Virus record (IMG/VR): IMGVR_UViG_3300043466_002653 | Location: 1-54,275 of that record | Direction: 5' to 3' (one strand) | Origin: a virus | Lineage: Duplodnaviria > Caudoviricetes | DNA: 54,275 nt | Shown: piece by piece, positions 47,210 to 54,275 of the stretch | How the letters are laid out: each line of letters starts with the position of its first letter | Position numbering within the stretch: the stretch's first letter is position 1 | Made by a program: the position numbers and the translations under genes | Notes under the pieces: model-generated | The model's input: the letters and a program-made list of their open reading frames with translations, nothing else | Told to the model about the DNA's origin: nothing | Databases searched by the model: none

Positions 47210-50200
47210 ATGTCTAATCCATCAAACCTATATGCAGAAAAAATATATGCAGAGCACCCAATTGCTTTATGGTCTCTGGACGATAAGGCTGACTATATAA
47301 GTTTGATAGATGAGTCTGATCGTAATATTAACTTGTGGACTATAACAAATGGAACCTCAAGTACGTATACAACATCTGACGAGCCATTCCCCGATAGCCA
47401 AACAACAAAAATCACAGGGGCTTTAACAGATAATGACTTTGGTCAGATAGTCTGCATAAGTAATGACATTGCAAACTTTTCAAATTTAAATCAAGATTTA
47501 TCGACATTTTCTATAGGTGGATTTTTTAATTCAATAAGTGTCTATACATCTAGTTTTGAAATAGGCTATGAGTATTATGACACAACATCTGGAAGCACAA
47601 TACAAAGACTAAAAACTTACACAACATCTGTTCAAAATAGATGGTTTTTTATATCAGAAACTTTTGATATTCCAGAAGATAACACACAGTTTAGAATTGT
47701 TATAAAAATTAACTATATTGGCGGAGCATCTAACGTAGAAGACTATGAGTTTTTAGTAAATGGTATTACTGTTGGACAATGGTGTGAAGAGTTTAATTCA
47801 TCTTCTCTTGGTGTTCAAAAGATTTCACTTCCTTCAACTATTGCGCTACCTGAATCTTTTGCAATTCAAGCAGATGCATATGGTCTTCAAGAAAACAAAG
47901 GTTACTATCTAGTTAATGATGATAGTCTTATGGCAAAGAACACAGGAATTCCACTTGTATATGGTGCATCAAATTTAACAAAACTTTTGCCAAATGGAAC
48001 AATGCCATCTGTTATTATTCCAGGTCTTGGATTTTTATCTGAGGCTGGTCAGTATAAAGAATATACTTTAGAAGCATGGATGAGAATTAACTCAGACTCA
48101 ATTACAAAGAAAAGAATTGTTGGTCCAATTGCATCTACAGATGGTTTGTATGTTGAAGGACCATTCCTTGTTTTAAAAATTGGTAATAATTCTGGTGCCT
48201 ATTATATTGGTGAATGGACCAGACCAATGCTTATTCATATTCGTTTTTCAGAAAACAACTCTTCATTACTTATTAATGGAGAAGAAGTTATATCTTTAAA
48301 CTATATTGGATCTACTTTAGAATTTCCATCAAAGTTAAACTCATCTGCTAAAGACCAAGACTGGATAGGATTTTATGCATACGAAGATGTTTCTCCAATA
48401 GAGATTGACTGTGTTGCAATATACACATATCAAGTTCCAACTATTCTTGCTAAAAAAAGATTTGTATATGGTCAAGGGGTTGAATTTCCAGAGGGTATAA
48501 ATCAAGCCTATAGTGGCTCATCAATATATATAGACTACCCTTTTGCAGACTACACTAATAATTATTCATACCCGAACATAGGAAAATGGAGTCAGGCAGT
48601 TGTTGACAACCTAAGTGTTGAAAATAATCTTTTATGCACTCCAGACTACAAACTGCCAGAAATAGTTTTAGGATCTTCAAACATTAATCAGTTATATTCT
48701 GATCTTGGAGAGATTCAAGACGAGCCAGACAAGTTCTTTTCCTTTGACTCTGTTACAAGCGGATACATGTATTTTGATAATCTAAACTTTTTAAATCAGA
48801 GGATTAGATCTTTTTATGGTTCTTTTAAATTTTTAGAAGAGCCAACGCAAACACAGATTTTGTTTAGAGTAGAGTCAGAAAATTCTTCAGACTACTTTGA
48901 AATATCAACAATTGATAGTGACATTATTTACTCATTAAAGTATGGATCAGAACCCTCACAAACTCTTGCAACATTTTCTTGGTCTGGAACAGATCCATTT
49001 ACTGGCATAGCATTAGAAGAAATTTTTTCTGTTGGATTAGATATTGATAAAGCATCTAAATATTTTGGTGGAAACGTTGCATCATTTTTTGGTAATATAA
49101 ATACACTAAAGTTTTACATAGGCGGAAAGTCAAATCTAACACAAACCTTTACTGGCAAAATTTATAAGGTTGGTTTTTGCACAGAAAGAAATCATAAAAA
49201 GATTGAATCATTATTTAATGAACGAGGAATTCCTGTAAATGATGAAAACGTTTTTGAATTATATTCAAATACTATAGATGTAGCCTATAATTCTACAGAC
49301 GATTATTTTGGAAATAATAATGCAGAGTGGGATCAATTAATTGATTCAGGAGCAGTAGATTCTTATCCTGTTGATGGGTTCCAAGTTCATACTGCAAGTT
49401 ACACATTATCTCCAGCATCCTATTTTGACAGTTACACTCTTGATATAGACATCCAGGGATATTGGGAAGACTACATTCCACTAACATATTTTTCTCAATT
49501 TGTTAAAGATGAAAAAAACAATTCCTACTACGACTTTGACTTGATTCAATTTAATATTAACTATCCAGCACCATCAAACTTTGTTGAAGAGGAGCAGACA
49601 GGTAATTGGACATATAGAGAATTATTAGATCAGTATAATCTCCCAGTACAAAGAACTTATGAGTCTTTAGATAATCAACTATTTACGGGGTACTTAGATT
49701 ATAATGATTTAAAAAATAAAGCGTACAAAAACTATAAGTACGATACTTCAAACTCTTTAGTCAAGTCTTATGTAACATTTCAATATGTTCAAAATGGGGC
49801 AAACCTTTTAGAGTCAAACTTTATTAATATAGAAAAACCATCTAACGATTCTATTGTTGTTCCAGGAGATAACTGGATGAATACGAAATATGAAGTTGTA
49901 AACAATATGATCCTTTATCCTCCAAAAGATGTCGGAATACAAGACCTTGCTCTTGTTACACATTTAGACTTTAATGTAAAAGGAATTATAAATAACAAGG
50001 TTAAAATTAGAAACCTTGAGTATGCTTCTCAAGCATTTAACTCAACATCACCAAATCCAATTGGCACAAGATTTGGAAATGAAATCTATCCATACAAAAA
50101 GTCTGGATTCTATTATGACTATAAAGAAAGAAATCCTTTTTCAATTTATAAGGGAAGTTCTCCATACCTATATTTAACAAGATATACTGGAATAGAATTA

Positions 50201-50920
50201 AAGGGTACATACGATTCATCAGTTAACCGTGGACTGGCTATTCCAATTAATAAAGAGATGTCTAGTAACTATAAAGTTATGGCTATGCAGATAGCAATAA
50301 GATATGATCAGGATGCATTTCCATACGCACCAACAGAAATATTTGAGATTCAATCAAGGAATAATCATATAAAGTTTTATATGGTAGCCATTCACCCAAG
50401 TGGAGAACGAGCAAAGATTTATGCTATAAATGTAAAAACTGGTAAATTAGAAGATGGTATAGGATTTTACTGGAATGGAAAAGTTGTTAAAGAGCCAGTC
50501 ATAACTATAAAAGAGTGGGGATTCTTAGGAATATCCTTTCCAAACTTATTAGATTTTAGTTCTAGAGTTGGATCAATTAATCTAAATGGACCGATAACGT
50601 TTAATGCAATATCCTACTATCAATCAACAAACTTGCAAGAGGTTCAAAAGGTAGACTTTAGACCGTGGTTTGGAGTTAAGTACTCTCTCCCAGTTACCCT
50701 TGAATGGGATTACTGGAAAACATCTCCATTTGTGTGGGATGGGGTTTTGATTTTGTCTTCAACAAGTTATTATGGAGTAGACCCTTCAACAATCTACAAG
50801 AGTTATACAGGAACCAATAAGATTATTATTGATACTGATAAGGTATTTACGGTTAATGGGTATGAATATACTGTCTATAAAGGTATTACTTCGAAACAAA
50901 TAACGGCTAATGCTGTCTAA
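47210..50920 (+). CDS. large virion structural protein with LamG-like region
   Basis: 1236 aa; PIALWSLD and YTLEAWMRI motifs; next to head genes. Confidence 0.6.
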   Translation: MSNPSNLYAEKIYAEHPIALWSLDDKADYISLIDESDRNINLWTITNGTSSTYTTSDEPFPDSQTTKITGALTDNDFGQIVCISNDIANFSNLNQDLSTFSIGGFFNSISVYTSSFEIGYEYYDTTSGSTIQRLKTYTTSVQNRWFFISETFDIPEDNTQFRIVIKINYIGGASNVEDYEFLVNGITVGQWCEEFNSSSLGVQKISLPSTIALPESFAIQADAYGLQENKGYYLVNDDSLMAKNTGIPLVYGASNLTKLLPNGTMPSVIIPGLGFLSEAGQYKEYTLEAWMRINSDSITKKRIVGPIASTDGLYVEGPFLVLKIGNNSGAYYIGEWTRPMLIHIRFSENNSSLLINGEEVISLNYIGSTLEFPSKLNSSAKDQDWIGFYAYEDVSPIEIDCVAIYTYQVPTILAKKRFVYGQGVEFPEGINQAYSGSSIYIDYPFADYTNNYSYPNIGKWSQAVVDNLSVENNLLCTPDYKLPEIVLGSSNINQLYSDLGEIQDEPDKFFSFDSVTSGYMYFDNLNFLNQRIRSFYGSFKFLEEPTQTQILFRVESENSSDYFEISTIDSDIIYSLKYGSEPSQTLATFSWSGTDPFTGIALEEIFSVGLDIDKASKYFGGNVASFFGNINTLKFYIGGKSNLTQTFTGKIYKVGFCTERNHKKIESLFNERGIPVNDENVFELYSNTIDVAYNSTDDYFGNNNAEWDQLIDSGAVDSYPVDGFQVHTASYTLSPASYFDSYTLDIDIQGYWEDYIPLTYFSQFVKDEKNNSYYDFDLIQFNINYPAPSNFVEEEQTGNWTYRELLDQYNLPVQRTYESLDNQLFTGYLDYNDLKNKAYKNYKYDTSNSLVKSYVTFQYVQNGANLLESNFINIEKPSNDSIVVPGDNWMNTKYEVVNNMILYPPKDVGIQDLALVTHLDFNVKGIINNKVKIRNLEYASQAFNSTSPNPIGTRFGNEIYPYKKSGFYYDYKERNPFSIYKGSSPYLYLTRYTGIELKGTYDSSVNRGLAIPINKEMSSNYKVMAMQIAIRYDQDAFPYAPTEIFEIQSRNNHIKFYMVAIHPSGERAKIYAINVKTGKLEDGIGFYWNGKVVKEPVITIKEWGFLGISFPNLLDFSSRVGSINLNGPITFNAISYYQSTNLQEVQKVDFRPWFGVKYSLPVTLEWDYWKTSPFVWDGVLILSSTSYYGVDPSTIYKSYTGTNKIIIDTDKVFTVNGYEYTVYKGITSKQITANAV

Positions 50921-50938
50921 TGTGGTATACTTGTTGAT

Positions 50939-51343
50939 ATGAATCCTAAAGATCCAACTAAAAAGAAGAAGCAATTGCCCAGAATGAAAGGGCAAGTGGG
51001 TGAGTCCCGTGCAAGAATTATTGAAAAGCACTATGACTGGGGCCTATATGTATACAAAAAGGCTAACGGTAAATGGTTTACAGATGGAACTGGTTCTATT
51101 TTAAACATTGAATCAATGAAAGGCGACATCTTTCAGATATCTAAACTTAAAGAAGCAGCAAAATATTACGGGGATGAAGGAGATGGAGAATGCATCTTCG
51201 TACCAGGTCTAACAAGAATCTCAGAAGAAGAGTACTCTGAGCAAAAGCAAAGATTAGCAGAGGGATTGATTCCTTCAATGAACGACCTTGGAGCAGTACA
51301 AGCAGCCAAGGACACTATTGCAAAGTATGGAAGTGATGACTAA
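50939..51343 (+). CDS. conserved hypothetical protein upstream of portal
   Basis: 134 aa, leaderless start after TGGTATACT, TAATG-coupled to portal. Confidence 0.75.
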   Translation: MNPKDPTKKKKQLPRMKGQVGESRARIIEKHYDWGLYVYKKANGKWFTDGTGSILNIESMKGDIFQISKLKEAAKYYGDEGDGECIFVPGLTRISEEEYSEQKQRLAEGLIPSMNDLGAVQAAKDTIAKYGSDD

Positions 51344-52950
51344 TGAGTGAAGAAAAAGAATTTTTTATTAGAGCAAAGACAGATACGCCATTGCCAGAAG
51401 ATGATACATTTACAAAACAAGATCCATTCAACCAGACATGGGATGTAATTAAAGAACTTCAGGGCTTAGATGCTAACTTTAAAAGAAGAACATCTCGCAT
51501 TGTAAAGGGAGAAGCCACACCAGCATACATTGACAGTTCAAGAGCAGAAAGCACAGGACGTGACGGAGCAAAGTCTAAAGAGATTAACTCAGGAACAGTT
51601 TTTAGAAATGCTTACGGTTTATTTGATGTTATCACACCACCGTGGAATTTATACGAACTCGCAGGTTTCTATGACACATCATTTGCTAACCATGCAGCGA
51701 TTGATGCAAAAGTTGAAAATATTGTAGGCCTTGGATATGAATTTAAGGTTTCTAAAAGAACTATGCTCAAGTTAGAAGCATCAGAACCAAAGACAGCAGA
51801 GAATGCACGTAAAAGAATTGAAAGAGCCAAAATTGAACTAAGTGATTGGCTAGAGTCATTAAATACAGAAGACTCTTTTACTACAACTATGGAAAAAGTT
51901 TTTACTGATTTACAGGCAACAGGAAATGGCTATCTTGAAGTAGGAAGAACAGTTCGTGGAGACATTGGATATGTTGGTCATATTCCATCTACAACAATGC
52001 GTGTACGTCGTCTTCGTGATGGGTTTGTCCAAGTAATTGCAAACAAAGTAGTTTACTTCCGTAACTTTGGAGCAACTAATCCAAATCCACTTGGAACAGA
52101 TGCACGTCCAAATGAGATTATTCATTTTAAAGAATACTCACCACTAAATACTTTTTATGGAGTACCAGATATTATGTCTGCAATTGGATCACTTCATGGA
52201 GATCAACTTGCATCACAATATAATATTGACTACTTCCAGAATAAGGCAACACCAAGGTATGTTGTAACGCTTAAGGGTGCAAAGTTATCTGCTGAGGCAG
52301 AAGATAAAATGTTTAGGTTCTTGCAGACTGGTCTAAAAGGACAAAACCACAGAACCCTTTATATACCACTTCCTGGAGATTCAGATACCAACAAGGTAGA
52401 GTTCAAGATGGATCCTGTAGAGAATGGAATTCAAGAGGCATCATTTAAAGAGTATCGTAAACAAAACAGAGATGATATTCTTGTTGCTCATCAGGTTCCT
52501 TTATCTAAGATTGGTGGAGGCGATGCTTCTGCAATCGCTGCTGCTCTTGCACAAGACAGAACGTTTAAAGAGCAGGTTGCAAGGCCAGCCCAAAGAAATC
52601 TTGAAAAAATGATCAACAAGATTGTAAAAGAAAAAACAGATATTTTAGATTTTAAGTTTAATGAACTTACACTTACAGATGAAATTTCTCAATCACAGAT
52701 CATTGAAAGACTTGTCAAGACACAGGTTATGATGCCAAATGAAGGTAGAGAACTTCTTGGTCTTCCACAGATTGAAGGAGGAAACGAACCCTTTGACCCA
52801 AAGCCAGAACAAGCAGCAAATGACAATGCAAGTAGGGCACGGGACACAGAAAGAACTAATAACCAATCTGATGGATCAGCCACAGTAAGTGGAAGAAATC
52901 CAAAGGGCGAAGGAAGAAAATTTGATGACCTGTCCGATTTGTCCATATAG
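51343..52950 (+). CDS. phage portal protein
   Basis: HAAIDAKVENIVGLG, TGNGYLEV, EIIHFK, FYGVPD, YFQNKATP, AHQVP and PNEGR..LGLP motifs. Confidence 0.9.
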   Translation: MSEEKEFFIRAKTDTPLPEDDTFTKQDPFNQTWDVIKELQGLDANFKRRTSRIVKGEATPAYIDSSRAESTGRDGAKSKEINSGTVFRNAYGLFDVITPPWNLYELAGFYDTSFANHAAIDAKVENIVGLGYEFKVSKRTMLKLEASEPKTAENARKRIERAKIELSDWLESLNTEDSFTTTMEKVFTDLQATGNGYLEVGRTVRGDIGYVGHIPSTTMRVRRLRDGFVQVIANKVVYFRNFGATNPNPLGTDARPNEIIHFKEYSPLNTFYGVPDIMSAIGSLHGDQLASQYNIDYFQNKATPRYVVTLKGAKLSAEAEDKMFRFLQTGLKGQNHRTLYIPLPGDSDTNKVEFKMDPVENGIQEASFKEYRKQNRDDILVAHQVPLSKIGGGDASAIAAALAQDRTFKEQVARPAQRNLEKMINKIVKEKTDILDFKFNELTLTDEISQSQIIERLVKTQVMMPNEGRELLGLPQIEGGNEPFDPKPEQAANDNASRARDTERTNNQSDGSATVSGRNPKGEGRKFDDLSDLSI

Positions 52951-52988
52951 TGATACTTTAATAAAAAAGGGTATATAATATAATAACC

Positions 52989-54275
52989 ATGATTATCTCA
53001 AAAGCAAATTGGAATACGGATGGCGATAACTTACGCCTATCTATGCCTTTCAGTAAGGTAGATAAAGAGCGACGAATCGTCTCAGGTTTTGCATCACTTG
53101 ACAACATTGACAAGCAAGATGATATTGTAACAGCAGAAGCATCTCTGGCAGCCTTTGCAAAGTTTCGTGGGAACATTAGAGAAATGCACCAACCAGTAGC
53201 AGTTGGTAAGATGGTTAACTTTAAAGAAGATAAGTATTTCGATCCAGAATCAAAAAAGTTTTATAAAGGTGTTTTTGTATCTGCATATGTTTCAAAGGGT
53301 GCACAAGATACTTGGGAAAAAGTTTTAGACGGTACGTTGACTGGTTTTTCAATCGGCGGAAGAATGAATAAGTGGGATGACGCATACGATGAAAAGTCAG
53401 ATACACAAATTAGAGTTATTAAAGAATATGATTTAGTTGAGTTGAGTCTTGTAGATTCCCCAGCAAATCAGTTTGCAAATATTGTATCTGTTGAAAAAGT
53501 AGATGGAGTAGATGTATTTAAAGGTGACTCAACAGTCCTAGAAAATGTTTTTTACGATAAAGCAAATGGAATAGTTTTAGCATCTGAAAATGATTCAGAA
53601 CTTAGCCCAGTAACTGGTGAACAGATGGAAAATATAGGTTTCGTTGAAAAGACAGATAACGAAAAAGTAACAATGATAAAATTCTTAGTTGATAGTGCTA
53701 AAGGCATTAATACTTCTAAGATTAACAAGGAGGTAAGTCCTATGACAGAAAATACAAACGCAGTTGCAGAAGTTATTGAAACAGAAGCATCGGTAGAAGT
53801 AACAAAGTCAGAGGTCGCTCCAGAGGTTGATGCAGTAGTTGAAACAACTACAGAAGATGTTGTTAAGGCTGATGAAGCCCCAGCATCTGAAGAGATTGCA
53901 AAGTCTGAAGAGACCCCTGCAGTTGACGTAGTTGAAGAAGTTATAGAAGTATCTAAATCAGATGAAGCAGTTGTTGACTCAGATGCTGAAATCAAGAACA
54001 CTCTAGAATCAGCCTTTAGCGATCTAGTTTCAAAGGTCAACTCTTTGCAGGCAGAAGTAGAAATGCTTAAGTCTTCAAAGGTAGATATTGAAACAGCAAA
54101 AAGTTCATTTGAAGCAGTTGCAAAAGATATTGCAACAGTATCAAGTGAATTCAATGAATTTGGTAAGCGTGTGGAACTTGTAGAGCAAGACACTGCTTTC
54201 CGAAAGTCTGGCGATCTCGGCGAGATAGTACAGAATCAACCTGAAACGGTTGAAAAATCCCTATGGGGCGGTAGT
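52989..54275 (+). CDS. HK97-family prohead protease fused to scaffold (partial; runs off the window, so absent from the ORF track)
   Basis: Open frame from ATG 52989: RIVSGFAS, REMHQ, GFSIGG and ELSLVDSPAN, then an acidic coiled region. Confidence 0.9.
   Translation, partial: MIISKANWNTDGDNLRLSMPFSKVDKERRIVSGFASLDNIDKQDDIVTAEASLAAFAKFRGNIREMHQPVAVGKMVNFKEDKYFDPESKKFYKGVFVSAYVSKGAQDTWEKVLDGTLTGFSIGGRMNKWDDAYDEKSDTQIRVIKEYDLVELSLVDSPANQFANIVSVEKVDGVDVFKGDSTVLENVFYDKANGIVLASENDSELSPVTGEQMENIGFVEKTDNEKVTMIKFLVDSAKGINTSKINKEVSPMTENTNAVAEVIETEASVEVTKSEVAPEVDAVVETTTEDVVKADEAPASEEIAKSEETPAVDVVEEVIEVSKSDEAVVDSDAEIKNTLESAFSDLVSKVNSLQAEVEMLKSSKVDIETAKSSFEAVAKDIATVSSEFNEFGKRVELVEQDTAFRKSGDLGEIVQNQPETVEKSLWGGS

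Noticed and set aside
52958-54193. Minus-strand ORFs 52958-53176, 53221-53406 and 53552-54193
   Set aside because: Antisense shadows of the plus-strand protease/scaffold gene that the ORF track omitted.
1-54275. Stop-codon reassignment
   Set aside because: Long conserved genes read intact in the standard code and end at TAA, TAG and TGA.

Overview
A fragment of a large, AT-rich tailed-phage genome. The host is probably an Actinobacterium (inferred from leaderless extended -10 promoters, actinobacterial regulator motifs and gene content; a streamlined freshwater lineage is plausible). Positions 1-13.9 kb are an early/host-takeover region: many small minus-strand ORFs (DUF932, GP88-like, DUF4241, three paralog pairs) and a tRNA-Asp, in short cassettes. 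The spacers hold strong promoters, CRP-type palindromes, DnaA boxes, GACAC and GGACA repeats and CTAG sites. The region also has six copies of a covarying H-type RNA pseudoknot. Positions 14-54 kb are mostly plus-strand late genes: tail fibres and adaptors, a (Pro-Thr)n protein, an FN3-(PPFF)n-Hint protein, ten 2OG-Fe(II) prolyl-hydroxylase-like oxygenases, two fucosyltransferase-fold enzymes, a GDP-mannose 3,5-epimerase, an SDR, an FkbM methyltransferase, class II RNR (nrdJ), portal and an HK97-type protease/scaffold cut by the window end. Three candidate novel systems stand out: a phage-encoded hydroxyproline/L-sugar modification pathway for proline-rich virion proteins, the repeated pseudoknot RNA, and an array of host transcription-factor sites in the early region. 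All family assignments come from motifs read by eye; no searches were run.
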